From the NCBI RefSeq assembly GCF_013315695.1, contig NZ_CP054353.1: a DNA stretch of 64,000 bases; one strand, given 5' to 3'. A model generated the notes under the pieces. That model ran no database searches. It was not told the origin of the DNA and saw nothing but the letters and a program-made list of their open reading frames with translations. A program made the translations under genes and the position numbers. Source of the DNA: Escherichia coli. GTDB lineage: Bacteria; Pseudomonadota; Gammaproteobacteria; Enterobacterales; Enterobacteriaceae. Of the stretch, positions 38,788 to 48,351 are shown piece by piece; the stretch's first letter is position 1, and each line of letters opens with the position of its first letter.

Positions 38788-39544
38788 AGCCGAACCGGAT
38801 GCCGGAATGCTGGCGGAAAAAGAGTGGCAGGCGGCGGCTCAGGGTAATATTGGACCAGATGTTTCGCTACTGCGAAGTTTACTCGGTGCTGATGAACAGG
38901 CTGCCGCCGCGCTGCTGTTGGCGCAGAGAAAAAACGGTACGTCGATGTCTTTAACCGCGTTGAGCATGGGGGATGAACGGGCGTTGCACTGGCTGCGCTA
39001 TCTCATGGCTCTTGGGTTTGAGGACGCTGTATTGCTGGAGACGGTGGCAGATCTGCGCTTTGCGCCGGAATTTGTCGCTCGCCATATTGCCGAATGGCAG
39101 CGTCAGAATCCGCTGGATCTGATAATTACCGGCTGCCAAAGCAGCGAAGGGCAGAATGGGCAAACGCCATTTTTGCTGGCGGAAATGCTGGGCTGGCCCT
39201 GCTTCACCCTGGTGGAGCGTTTTACTCTCGACGCGCCGTTTATCACCCTTGAACAGCGTACTGAACATGGGCTGCGCTGTTACCGGGTTCGCTTGCCTGC
39301 GGTGATTGCCGTGCGCCAGTGTGGTGAAGTGGCCTTGCCAGTACCGGGAATGCGCCAGCGAATGGCTGCGGGGAAAGCAGAAATTATCCGTAAAACTGTT
39401 GCTGTCGAATTGCCAGCGATGCAGTGTCTGCAACTGGCAAGAGCAGAGCAACGACGCGGAGCGACGCTGATTGATGGGCAAACGGTAGCAGAAAAAGCGC
39501 AAAAGCTATGGCAGAACTATTTACGCCAAAGGATGCAGCCATGA
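38765..39544 (+). CDS. ygcR: Electron transfer flavoprotein beta-subunit-like protein
   Basis: 259 aa from MNILLAFKAEPD; FixA/EtfB-like; overlaps ygcS end. Confidence 0.85.
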   Translation: MNILLAFKAEPDAGMLAEKEWQAAAQGNIGPDVSLLRSLLGADEQAAAALLLAQRKNGTSMSLTALSMGDERALHWLRYLMALGFEDAVLLETVADLRFAPEFVARHIAEWQRQNPLDLIITGCQSSEGQNGQTPFLLAEMLGWPCFTLVERFTLDAPFITLEQRTEHGLRCYRVRLPAVIAVRQCGEVALPVPGMRQRMAAGKAEIIRKTVAVELPAMQCLQLARAEQRRGATLIDGQTVAEKAQKLWQNYLRQRMQP

Positions 39545-40401
39545 ATATCGCAATTGTGACAATAAATCAGGAGAATGCCGCAATAGCGAGCTGGCTGGCA
39601 GAACAGGATTTCAGCGGTTGTACCCTGGCACACTGGCAGATTGAACCTCAGCCCGTAGTGGCGGAACAGGTGCTGGATGCGCTGGTGGAACAGTGGCAGC
39701 GAACGCCAGCGGACGTTGTTCTCTTTCCGCCGGGAACGTTTGGTGATGAACTGTCGACACGGCTGGCCTGGCGTTTACATGGTGCAAGCATCTGCCAGGT
39801 GACTTCGTTAGATATTTCAACCGTAAGCGTGCGCAAATCCCACTGGGGAAATGCGCTAACGGCGACGCTGCAAACAGAAAAACGCCCGCTATGCCTTTCC
39901 CTTGCCCGCCAGGCGGGAGCAGTGAAAAACGCCACATTGCCCTCTGGTATGCAGCAACTGAACATTGTCCCCGGCGCACTTCCCGACTGGCTGGTTAGCA
40001 CAGAGGATCTGAAAAATGTTACCCGTGACCCATTAGCTGAGGCCAGACGGGTGCTGGTGGTGGGGCAGGGCGGAGAGGCAGATAACCAGGAAATCGCTAT
40101 GCTGGCAGAAAAGCTGGGAGCCGAAGTGGGCTACAGTCGGGCGCGAGTAATGAACGGTGGCGTTGATGCCGAAAAAGTGATTGGTATTTCCGGACATCTG
40201 CTGGCACCTGAGGTGTGTATTGTTGTTGGCGCTTCTGGCGCAGCAGCGTTAATGGCGGGCGTATGCAATAGCAAGTTTGTGGTGGCGATTAATCATGACG
40301 CCAGCGCAGCGGTATTTTCACAGGCAGATGTTGGCGTGGTTGATGACTGGAAAGTGGTGCTGGAGGCAATGGTGACAAACATTCACGCAGATTGCCAATA
40401 A
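39541..40401 (+). CDS. ygcQ: Electron transfer flavoprotein alpha-subunit-like protein
   Basis: 286 aa from MNIAIVTINQ; FixB/EtfA-like; ATGA overlap with ygcR stop. Confidence 0.85.
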   Translation: MNIAIVTINQENAAIASWLAEQDFSGCTLAHWQIEPQPVVAEQVLDALVEQWQRTPADVVLFPPGTFGDELSTRLAWRLHGASICQVTSLDISTVSVRKSHWGNALTATLQTEKRPLCLSLARQAGAVKNATLPSGMQQLNIVPGALPDWLVSTEDLKNVTRDPLAEARRVLVVGQGGEADNQEIAMLAEKLGAEVGYSRARVMNGGVDAEKVIGISGHLLAPEVCIVVGASGAAALMAGVCNSKFVVAINHDASAAVFSQADVGVVDDWKVVLEAMVTNIHADCQ

Positions 40402-40547
40402 CGTGTTGCTGGATGATCCTGCCTACGGTTCTGGCCTGGGGACTTGTAGGCCTGATAAGACGCGTCAAGCGTCGCATCAGGCGCTGAATGTCCGATGTGG
40501 CGTACAGCCTACAAATCACACAAATTCAATTCGTTACGATTATCCCG
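40402..40547. repeat. REP element(s) between convergent ygcQ and ygcP
   Basis: gtaggcctgataagacgcgtcaagcgtcgcatcaggc REP consensus-like palindrome. Confidence 0.5.
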
Positions 40548-41123
40548 TCAAAGCAATTTTTTCGCTAGCGTCCAGACCCCGGTATTCGTGGTGGAAAGCG
40601 CCACGACACCTGCGTTAATCGCATTACGCGCATCTTCTTCATCGCACACCAGCCCGCCAGCAATCAGCGGTTGGCGGATTTTCTCCGTCACCCAGCCCAG
40701 CACTTTGGGCATACAGCCAGGCAGGATCTCAATACAATCCGGATTCGATTGCGCAACTTGCTTATCAATGTTGTGAAACGAAATCGAATCAACAATAAAC
40801 AGGCGATGAATACAGAAAAAACCTTCCGCTCTTGCTGCTTTCAGCATTGAGGCTTTGGTACTGATAATGCCGTCCGCCTCGGTCACCAGTTTCAGAAACT
40901 GAATCACCACTTCTTTGTTCGATGCGCCTTCCAGCAAATCGACATGAATAAAGGCATATTTCCCGGCACTTTTAATCTTTTTGACGATATGACTGATGGT
41001 GCAGATATTGCCGTACAACACGGAAATAAACTGGCATTCAGAGTCGATTGCCAGTTGCAGGCTGGCATTATCTTTAACGGCAGCAATCACCGGATTCTGG
41101 CGGAGCAGGTGTAAGAGGGGCAT
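40548..41123 (-). CDS. ygcP: GlpP-family (glycerol-3-phosphate-responsive antiterminator-like) protein
   Basis: 191-aa ORF matching remembered YgcP / GlpP family. Confidence 0.85.
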   Translation of the reverse strand: MPLLHLLRQNPVIAAVKDNASLQLAIDSECQFISVLYGNICTISHIVKKIKSAGKYAFIHVDLLEGASNKEVVIQFLKLVTEADGIISTKASMLKAARAEGFFCIHRLFIVDSISFHNIDKQVAQSNPDCIEILPGCMPKVLGWVTEKIRQPLIAGGLVCDEEDARNAINAGVVALSTTNTGVWTLAKKLL

Positions 41124-41139
41124 AAATTATCCTTATTAT

Positions 41140-41400
41140 TTATCCAAAACGGTAGGTGATGCCGAATCCGGAAGGCGGATAGCGCCACTGTTGTAGTGTT
41201 GATTCGTCGCACAGCAAACGGCAGGTGCCACACTCCAGGCAGCCGCGATAATCAACGCGTAAGTCACCTTCCGGTGTGAGCGAAAAAAGACCAGCCGGAC
41301 AAGCGTTAATCAACCGTTGTACCGTCTGGCGCTCAACGGAGTCAGCCGGAACAATGTGCGGCGCATCGGCAACGCGCCAGAGATTACGGGCTACAGACAT
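41140..41400 (-). CDS. ygcO: FixX-like ferredoxin
   Basis: 86 aa from MSVARNLW; Cys cluster CLECGTCRLLC; overlaps ygcN 3' end. Confidence 0.8.
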   Translation of the reverse strand: MSVARNLWRVADAPHIVPADSVERQTVQRLINACPAGLFSLTPEGDLRVDYRGCLECGTCRLLCDESTLQQWRYPPSGFGITYRFG

Positions 41401-42662
41401 CGAATACTCCTGACAACATCGCCCGCCAGATGCCACAGGCCGTGACGACGTAAATGACGCCAGAGCAACTGGCGCAGCGGCGGAACAGGTTTATCACCCT
41501 GATCCCATAAATCGCGGGAAATATCCTGCATTAACGCAGGCCACGCACGGTACCATCCAGGGCGTTGCAAAAGCGCCGGAACATGCTGATAACGTTGTAG
41601 AACATCCCATAGCAGGCTGCGCTCGACGTTGTGATGATAAAGCGCAAACAGATTTTGCGGCTCGCGGTGCTGGCAGGCGCTTATCAGCGTTTGTGCCGCC
41701 GCCTGCGCGCCAGTCAGCGCCATATCCATGCCGCGCACGGAAATTCCGGTATTGACGCAACTGCGCAACGCATCGCCCACCAGCAGCCAGCCGTTACCGG
41801 CGTATTGCACCGGCATACTGTGCAAGCCACCTTCTGGCACCAGATGCGCACCATACTCCAGTGATTCCGTGTTTTTGATAAGCGGGCGCACTGCCGGATG
41901 CGTTTTAAAGCGAGCCAGCAGCTCGCTTGCCGGAACACGACTTTGCGTAAGGGAAGAGAGCGGGCAAACAATCCCTAACGAGAGCGTTTGTTGATTAGTA
42001 TAAAGAAATGCGCCGCCGGGTAAGTCATCACAGATCCCGCCGCTGAACAGCAACGCTGCGCCTTCGTTATTCTCCAGATGAAAACGTTCTTCAATAGCGG
42101 ATGTTTCCAGCGACAGCACTTCTTTGATCCCCAACGCCATCGCTTCGCCAGCAGGACGAGTCACTAACCCGTGACGCTCAGCCAGGACGCTGTTGGCACC
42201 TTCTGCCAGCACCACATAACGGGCGCGGAGAATATCGTCACCACAAATGACACCACACACCCTGCCGTTTTCTTCATACAGCGCATCTACCGTCGCACCA
42301 GGGATGCATTCGACACCTTCTTTTTCGGCTTCGGCAACCAGCCACGGATCGAACCGTGCACGTAATACGCTCCAGGATTCACCGCCGGGCTGTAAGCTGG
42401 AAAACGTCGTTGCGCCATCCGGCGTTAGCAGAGAAAGACTTTCGTGAGTGATGCGTCGTTCAAGAGGCGCGGTCAGGTGAAACTGAGGGAGGAGTTCCGC
42501 GAGCGCCTGGGTATATAAACGCCCGCCGGAAAGGTTTTTACTGCCGGGAATTTCAGCGCGTTCCAGTAACAGAACGGATAAACCTGCCCGCGCGCAGCGT
42601 AAAGCACAAGCGGTGCCTGCTATACCGGCACCAATAATAATAATGTCGCAGTCGTCTTCCAT
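41391..42662 (-). CDS. ygcN: FixC-like flavoprotein (electron transfer flavoprotein-quinone oxidoreductase family)
   Basis: 423 aa from MEDDCDIIIIGAGIAG (FAD dinucleotide-binding motif). Confidence 0.85.
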   Translation of the reverse strand: MEDDCDIIIIGAGIAGTACALRCARAGLSVLLLERAEIPGSKNLSGGRLYTQALAELLPQFHLTAPLERRITHESLSLLTPDGATTFSSLQPGGESWSVLRARFDPWLVAEAEKEGVECIPGATVDALYEENGRVCGVICGDDILRARYVVLAEGANSVLAERHGLVTRPAGEAMALGIKEVLSLETSAIEERFHLENNEGAALLFSGGICDDLPGGAFLYTNQQTLSLGIVCPLSSLTQSRVPASELLARFKTHPAVRPLIKNTESLEYGAHLVPEGGLHSMPVQYAGNGWLLVGDALRSCVNTGISVRGMDMALTGAQAAAQTLISACQHREPQNLFALYHHNVERSLLWDVLQRYQHVPALLQRPGWYRAWPALMQDISRDLWDQGDKPVPPLRQLLWRHLRRHGLWHLAGDVVRSIRCL

Positions 42663-42739
42663 GTCATGCCCCAGATATCCAGAGCGCAACACCCTAACAT
42701 AGCGTTACTTAAGGGAAATTGACCGCCGACACACTCTTA

Positions 42740-43105
42740 TCATTCGCCGCGATAGATGCAACCTGCGGTGCAGGTTTCTTTCACCATCACCGCACTTAAC
42801 AGCGGAACAACCGGTTTAACCTGATCCCAAATCCATTTTGCTAAAACCTCGCTGGTCGGGTTTTCCAGGCCAGGAATATCATTGAGATAATAGTGATCGA
42901 GGCGATCATAGGTTGGTTTAAACGCTGCTTTCAGTTCAGCGAAATCGATAATCCAGCCCGTATGCGGATCGACTTCCCCGGTAATTTCCAGTCGCACCAT
43001 AAAGGAATGCCCGTGCAGGCGACCACATTTATGTCCTTCCGGGACGTGTGGTAAGCGGTGAGCGGCTTCGAAGGTGAAATCTTTAAATAACGTGGTGGAC
43101 ATCAT
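42740..43105 (-). CDS. queD: 6-carboxy-5,6,7,8-tetrahydropterin synthase (queuosine biosynthesis)
   Basis: 121 aa from [18 protein letters not shown]; PTPS-family His/Cys motif CGRLHGHSF. Confidence 0.9.
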   Translation of the reverse strand: MMSTTLFKDFTFEAAHRLPHVPEGHKCGRLHGHSFMVRLEITGEVDPHTGWIIDFAELKAAFKPTYDRLDHYYLNDIPGLENPTSEVLAKWIWDQVKPVVPLLSAVMVKETCTAGCIYRGE

Positions 43106-43420
43106 AATTTCTCTACAGGACGATAAAACCGCCGTAGAGTACCGGAAAGGCTGTTTTTTCGCATTATCTAAAACGACTTTGTTGCGCAAAATCGCTGATT
43201 TATCTTAATGATTGGCTAAATTCACTTGTTTTTCATTGGGTTGAGTAATCTATTTTGTTGTTAAAGACTATTGCTAAAACAGGTTAGTCGATTTGGTTAT
43301 TAGTTATCGCTATCCCGTCTTTAATCCACACCGTTCACCCCGTTAACCTTACCTTCTCTTCTGTTTTATGGGCGCTGACAGGGCGCAGAAACAGCTTTGC
43401 TTACTGGAACATAACGACGC

Positions 43421-45220
43421 ATGACGACACAGGTCTCACCTTCCGCGTTGCTTCCGTTGAACCCGGAGCAACTGGCACGCCTTCAGGCGGCCACGACCGA
43501 TTTAACTCCCACCCAGCTTGCCTGGGTTTCTGGCTATTTCTGGGGCGTGCTCAACCAGCAGCCTGCTGCGCTTGCAGCGACGCCAGCGCCCGCCGCAGAA
43601 ATGCCGGGTATAACTATTATCTCCGCCTCGCAAACCGGCAATGCGCGCCGGGTTGCTGAAGCATTACGCGATGATTTATTGGCAGCAAAACTGAACGTTA
43701 AGCTGGTGAACGCGGGCGACTATAAATTCAAACAAATCGCCAGCGAAAAACTGCTTATCGTGGTGACGTCAACGCAAGGAGAAGGGGAACCGCCGGAAGA
43801 AGCCGTCGCGCTGCATAAGTTCCTGTTCTCCAAAAAAGCGCCAAAGCTGGAAAACACCGCGTTTGCCGTGTTTAGCCTCGGCGATAGCTCTTATGAATTT
43901 TTCTGCCAGTCCGGGAAAGATTTTGACAGTAAGCTGGCGGAACTGGGCGGTGAACGCCTGCTTGACCGTGTCGATGCCGATGTTGAATATCAGGCCGCTG
44001 CCAGCGAGTGGCGCGCCCGCGTGGTTGATGCGCTTAAATCGCGTGCGCCTGTCGCGGCACCTTCGCAATCCGTCGCTACTGGCGCGGTAAATGAAATCCA
44101 CACCAGCCCGTACAGCAAAGACGCGCCGCTGGTGGCGAGCCTCTCTGTTAACCAGAAAATTACCGGGCGTAACTCTGAAAAAGACGTTCGCCATATCGAA
44201 ATTGACTTAGGTGACTCGGGCCTGCGTTACCAGCCGGGTGACGCGCTGGGTGTCTGGTATCAGAACGATCCGGCACTGGTGAAAGAACTTGTCGAACTGC
44301 TGTGGCTGAAAGGCGATGAACCTGTCACCGTCGAGGGCAAAACGTTGCCTCTGAACGAAGCGCTACAGTGGCACTTCGAACTGACCGTCAACACCGCCAA
44401 CATTGTTGAGAACTATGCCACGCTTACCCGCAGCGAAACGCTGCTGCCGCTGGTGGGCGATAAAGCGAAGTTACAGCATTACGCCGCGACCACGCCGATT
44501 GTCGACATGGTGCGTTTCTCTCCGGCGCAACTGGATGCCGAAGCGCTGATTAATCTGCTGCGCCCGCTGACCCCGCGCCTGTATTCCATCGCCTCCTCGC
44601 AGGCGGAAGTCGAGAACGAAGTACACGTCACCGTTGGCGTGGTGCGTTACGACGTGGAAGGCCGCGCCCGTGCCGGTGGTGCCTCCAGCTTCCTCGCGGA
44701 CCGCGTGGAAGAAGAGGGCGAAGTCCGCGTATTTATCGAACATAACGACAACTTCCGCCTGCCAGCCAACCCAGAAACCCCGGTGATTATGATTGGCCCA
44801 GGCACCGGCATCGCGCCGTTTCGCGCCTTTATGCAGCAGCGCGCCGCTGACGAAGCGCCGGGTAAAAACTGGTTGTTCTTTGGCAACCCGCACTTTACGG
44901 AAGATTTCCTCTACCAGGTGGAGTGGCAGCGCTACGTCAAAGAGGGCGTGCTGACGCGTATCGATCTTGCCTGGTCGCGCGACCAAAAAGAAAAAGTTTA
45001 TGTACAAGACAAACTGCGCGAACAGGGCGCAGAGCTGTGGCGCTGGATCAATGACGGTGCCCACATTTATGTCTGCGGCGACGCTAATCGCATGGCGAAA
45101 GACGTTGAACAGGCACTTCTGGAAGTGATTGCCGAATTTGGTGGCATGGACACCGAAGCGGCGGATGAATTTTTAAGTGAGCTGCGCGTAGAGCGCCGTT
45201 ATCAGCGAGATGTCTACTAA
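43421..45220 (+). CDS. cysJ: Sulfite reductase [NADPH] flavoprotein alpha component
   Basis: 599 aa; flavodoxin-like and FAD/NADPH-binding domains. Confidence 0.95.
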   Translation: MTTQVSPSALLPLNPEQLARLQAATTDLTPTQLAWVSGYFWGVLNQQPAALAATPAPAAEMPGITIISASQTGNARRVAEALRDDLLAAKLNVKLVNAGDYKFKQIASEKLLIVVTSTQGEGEPPEEAVALHKFLFSKKAPKLENTAFAVFSLGDSSYEFFCQSGKDFDSKLAELGGERLLDRVDADVEYQAAASEWRARVVDALKSRAPVAAPSQSVATGAVNEIHTSPYSKDAPLVASLSVNQKITGRNSEKDVRHIEIDLGDSGLRYQPGDALGVWYQNDPALVKELVELLWLKGDEPVTVEGKTLPLNEALQWHFELTVNTANIVENYATLTRSETLLPLVGDKAKLQHYAATTPIVDMVRFSPAQLDAEALINLLRPLTPRLYSIASSQAEVENEVHVTVGVVRYDVEGRARAGGASSFLADRVEEEGEVRVFIEHNDNFRLPANPETPVIMIGPGTGIAPFRAFMQQRAADEAPGKNWLFFGNPHFTEDFLYQVEWQRYVKEGVLTRIDLAWSRDQKEKVYVQDKLREQGAELWRWINDGAHIYVCGDANRMAKDVEQALLEVIAEFGGMDTEAADEFLSELRVERRYQRDVY

Positions 45221-46932
45221 TGAGCGAAAAACATCCAGGGCCTTTAGTGGTCGAAGGAAAACTGACAGACGCCGAGCGCATGAAGCTTGAAAGCAACTAC
45301 CTGCGCGGCACCATTGCGGAAGATTTAAACGACGGTCTGACCGGCGGCTTTAAGGGCGACAACTTCCTGCTGATCCGCTTCCACGGCATGTATCAGCAGG
45401 ATGACCGCGACATCCGCGCCGAACGTGCTGAACAGAAGCTGGAGCCGCGCCACGCGATGCTGTTGCGCTGTCGTCTGCCGGGTGGGGTGATTACCACCAA
45501 ACAGTGGCAGGCGATCGATAAATTTGCCGGTGAAAACACCATCTATGGCAGCATTCGCCTGACCAACCGCCAGACGTTTCAGTTCCACGGCATTCTGAAA
45601 AAGAACGTCAAACCGGTGCACCAGATGCTGCACTCGGTCGGTCTTGATGCGCTGGCGACTGCTAACGACATGAACCGTAACGTACTCTGCACCTCGAACC
45701 CTTACGAGTCGCAGCTGCACGCGGAAGCCTATGAATGGGCTAAGAAAATATCTGAACATCTGCTGCCGCGTACCCGCGCGTATGCGGAGATCTGGCTCGA
45801 TCAGGAAAAAGTCGCCACCACCGATGAAGAACCGATCCTCGGTCAGACTTATTTGCCGCGTAAGTTCAAAACCACGGTAGTGATCCCGCCGCAGAACGAT
45901 ATCGATCTGCACGCCAACGACATGAACTTCGTGGCGATCGCCGAAAACGGCAAGCTGGTGGGCTTTAACCTGCTGGTGGGCGGTGGGCTTTCCATCGAGC
46001 ACGGCAACAAGAAAACCTACGCCCGCACGGCGAGTGAGTTTGGTTATCTGCCGCTGGAGCATACGCTGGCGGTGGCAGAAGCCGTCGTGACGACTCAGCG
46101 CGACTGGGGTAACCGAACCGATCGTAAAAATGCCAAAACCAAATACACGCTGGAGCGCGTGGGGGTTGAGACGTTTAAAGCGGAAGTGGAGCGTCGCGCG
46201 GGGATCAAATTTGAACCGATCCGTCCGTATGAGTTCACCGGACGCGGCGATCGTATTGGTTGGGTTAAGGGCATTGATGATAACTGGCACCTGACGCTAT
46301 TTATCGAAAATGGTCGCATCCTTGATTATCCGGGGCGTCCGCTGAAAACTGGCCTGCTGGAGATCGCGAAGATCCACAAAGGTGATTTCCGCATTACGGC
46401 GAACCAGAATCTGATCATCGCCGGTGTGCCGGAAAGCGAGAAAGCGAAGATCGAGAAGATCGCCAAAGAGAGCGGGTTAATGAATGCCGTCACGCCGCAG
46501 CGTGAAAACTCAATGGCCTGCGTGTCATTCCCGACTTGCCCGCTGGCGATGGCGGAAGCGGAGCGTTTCCTGCCGTCTTTTATCGACAACATCGATAATT
46601 TAATGGCGAAACATGGTGTCAGCGATGAGCATATCGTGATGCGTGTAACAGGCTGCCCGAACGGTTGTGGTCGCGCGATGCTGGCGGAAGTGGGCCTGGT
46701 GGGGAAAGCGCCGGGTCGCTACAACCTGCATCTTGGCGGCAACCGCATTGGGACACGTATCCCACGGATGTATAAAGAAAACATCACCGAGCCGGAAATC
46801 CTGGCGTCGCTTGATGAACTGATAGGGCGCTGGGCGAAAGAGCGCGAAGCGGGTGAAGGCTTCGGCGACTTTACGGTGCGTGCGGGCATCATTCGCCCGG
46901 TGCTCGATCCGGCGCGCGATTTGTGGGATTAA
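45220..46932 (+). CDS. cysI: Sulfite reductase [NADPH] hemoprotein beta component
   Basis: 570 aa; siroheme/Fe-S Cys motifs ([19 protein letters not shown]); start overlaps cysJ stop. Confidence 0.95.
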   Translation: MSEKHPGPLVVEGKLTDAERMKLESNYLRGTIAEDLNDGLTGGFKGDNFLLIRFHGMYQQDDRDIRAERAEQKLEPRHAMLLRCRLPGGVITTKQWQAIDKFAGENTIYGSIRLTNRQTFQFHGILKKNVKPVHQMLHSVGLDALATANDMNRNVLCTSNPYESQLHAEAYEWAKKISEHLLPRTRAYAEIWLDQEKVATTDEEPILGQTYLPRKFKTTVVIPPQNDIDLHANDMNFVAIAENGKLVGFNLLVGGGLSIEHGNKKTYARTASEFGYLPLEHTLAVAEAVVTTQRDWGNRTDRKNAKTKYTLERVGVETFKAEVERRAGIKFEPIRPYEFTGRGDRIGWVKGIDDNWHLTLFIENGRILDYPGRPLKTGLLEIAKIHKGDFRITANQNLIIAGVPESEKAKIEKIAKESGLMNAVTPQRENSMACVSFPTCPLAMAEAERFLPSFIDNIDNLMAKHGVSDEHIVMRVTGCPNGCGRAMLAEVGLVGKAPGRYNLHLGGNRIGTRIPRMYKENITEPEILASLDELIGRWAKEREAGEGFGDFTVRAGIIRPVLDPARDLWD

Positions 46933-46996
46933 CCATCAGCCCGGTCTTGTAGGCCTGATAAGACGCGTGAGCGTCGCATCAGGCAAGGCAAACAGT
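46933..46996. repeat. REP element between cysI and cysH
   Basis: gtaggcctgataagacgcgtgagcgtcgcatcaggc. Confidence 0.5.
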
Positions 46997-47005
46997 GAGG
47001 AACTT

Positions 47006-47740
47006 ATGTCCAAACTCGATCTAAACGCCCTGAACGAACTGCCAAAGGTAGACCGGATTCTGGCGCTGGCGGAAACTAACGCCCAACTGGAAAAACTGGA
47101 CGCTGAAGGCCGCGTAGCCTGGGCGCTGGATAATCTGCCCGGTGAATATGTACTTTCTTCCAGCTTTGGCATTCAGGCGGCGGTGAGCCTGCATCTGGTG
47201 AATCAGATTCACCCGGATATTCCAGTGATCCTCACCGATACCGGTTATCTGTTCCCGGAAACCTACCGCTTTATTGACGAGTTAACGGACAAACTCAAAC
47301 TCAACCTGAAAGTGTACCGTGCTACCGAAAGCGCTGCCTGGCAGGAAGCGCGCTACGGCAAACTGTGGGAACAGGGCGTTGAAGGTATTGAAAAGTACAA
47401 CGATATCAACAAAGTCGAACCGATGAACCGGGCGCTAAAAGAACTGAACGCGCAAACCTGGTTTGCCGGCCTGCGCCGTGAACAATCCGGCAGTCGTGCC
47501 AATTTACCGGTGCTGGCAATTCAGCGTGGCGTATTTAAAGTGCTGCCGATTATCGACTGGGATAACCGAACTATTTATCAGTACCTGCAAAAACATGGCC
47601 TGAAATATCACCCATTATGGGATGAAGGATATTTATCGGTCGGTGATACCCATACAACCCGTAAATGGGAACCCGGCATGGCGGAAGAAGAAACGCGTTT
47701 CTTTGGCTTAAAAAGAGAATGTGGGTTACACGAAGGGTAA
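47006..47740 (+). CDS. cysH: Phosphoadenosine phosphosulfate (PAPS) reductase
   Basis: 244 aa from [11 protein letters not shown]; C-terminal ECGLH motif; ORF-track call has 51-codon upstream extension. Confidence 0.9.
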   Translation: MSKLDLNALNELPKVDRILALAETNAQLEKLDAEGRVAWALDNLPGEYVLSSSFGIQAAVSLHLVNQIHPDIPVILTDTGYLFPETYRFIDELTDKLKLNLKVYRATESAAWQEARYGKLWEQGVEGIEKYNDINKVEPMNRALKELNAQTWFAGLRREQSGSRANLPVLAIQRGVFKVLPIIDWDNRTIYQYLQKHGLKYHPLWDEGYLSVGDTHTTRKWEPGMAEEETRFFGLKRECGLHEG

Positions 47741-47757
47741 ATATTGCCGGATAAATT

Positions 47758-47796
47758 AAACGCCTCTGTCAGAAATGATGGGGGCGTTTTTATTTT
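47758..47796 (+). terminator. Putative cysH terminator
   Basis: aaacgcc...ggcgttt stem followed by TTATTTT; long loop, modest confidence. Confidence 0.4.
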
Positions 47797-47906
47797 GCGA
47801 GCAGCATTCCTGATTTTAAACGTGAACGTCGTTGGAAGAATTAACAGGTATAGAATGGCGTTGGGTGCTTGAGGCTGTCTGGCGTTAAGCATTCGCGAGG
47901 TTCCAG

Positions 47907-48008
47907 ATGGACAAAAGCCCCAGGCGATATTTCTATCAACCTGAGGCCAGCGTTCGAACCCAAACAATTCGAATGTTAGTCTCTTCTTTGCAGGGAGGCA
48001 AGACATGC
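47907..48008 (+). CDS. mok-like leader ORF translationally coupled to hok-like toxin
   Basis: 33-codon ORF ([34 protein letters not shown]) whose stop overlaps the toxin start (ATGcTGA). Confidence 0.4.
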
Positions 48009-48157
48009 TGACAAAATATGCCCTTGTGGCAATCATAGTGCTGTGTTTTACAGTACTGGGATTCACGCTGATGGTAGGCGACTCGTTGTGTGAGTTGAGT
48101 ATCAGAGAACGTGGTATGGAGTTTAAGGCGGTTCTCGCTTACGAATCGAAGAAGTAG
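48005..48157 (+). CDS. Hok/Gef-family type I toxin (50 aa)
   Basis: [50 protein letters not shown]; single TM helix then conserved SLCE...AYES periplasmic motif; RBS agggagg 7 nt upstream; below 60-aa cutoff of ORF track. Confidence 0.8.
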   Translation: MLTKYALVAIIVLCFTVLGFTLMVGDSLCELSIRERGMEFKAVLAYESKK

Positions 48158-48160
48158 CCA

Positions 48161-48225
48161 CCACGCGGGGGTAAAACCCCGCGTACTGAATTGTGATGGT
48201 TTGGTCTCCTGCACCCTTTTTTAAT
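48161..48225 (+). terminator. 3' structured region of the hok-like transcript
   Basis: GC hairpin acgcgggg-gtaaaa-ccccgcgt, then ggtctcctgcaccc + T6; 3' GCACCC could pair with upstream GGGUGC (47873-47878). Confidence 0.4.
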
Positions 48226-48351
48226 TTATATTGTTTATGTGAATATTATGCCTATGTTTATTATTCATATATATTACGGATGAAAATTATTTGATTATTC
48301 ATAATGTAAATATTTTATTGAACGATATATATCACAGATAATTTTTAATAT
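48226..48351 (+). promoter_or_regulatory. A/T-rich region upstream of cas3 (probable promoter/regulatory region)
   Basis: About 125 bp of >80% A+T immediately upstream of cas3 start; exact promoter not pinned. Confidence 0.4.

Noticed and set aside
47797-47870. Attempt to define sigma-70 promoters for the hok-like mRNA and antisense sok-like RNA
   Set aside because: Candidate -10 elements (TATAGAAT at 47859-47866) lack a well-spaced -35; the antisense promoter could not be identified convincingly, so only the ORFs and 3' structure are reported.
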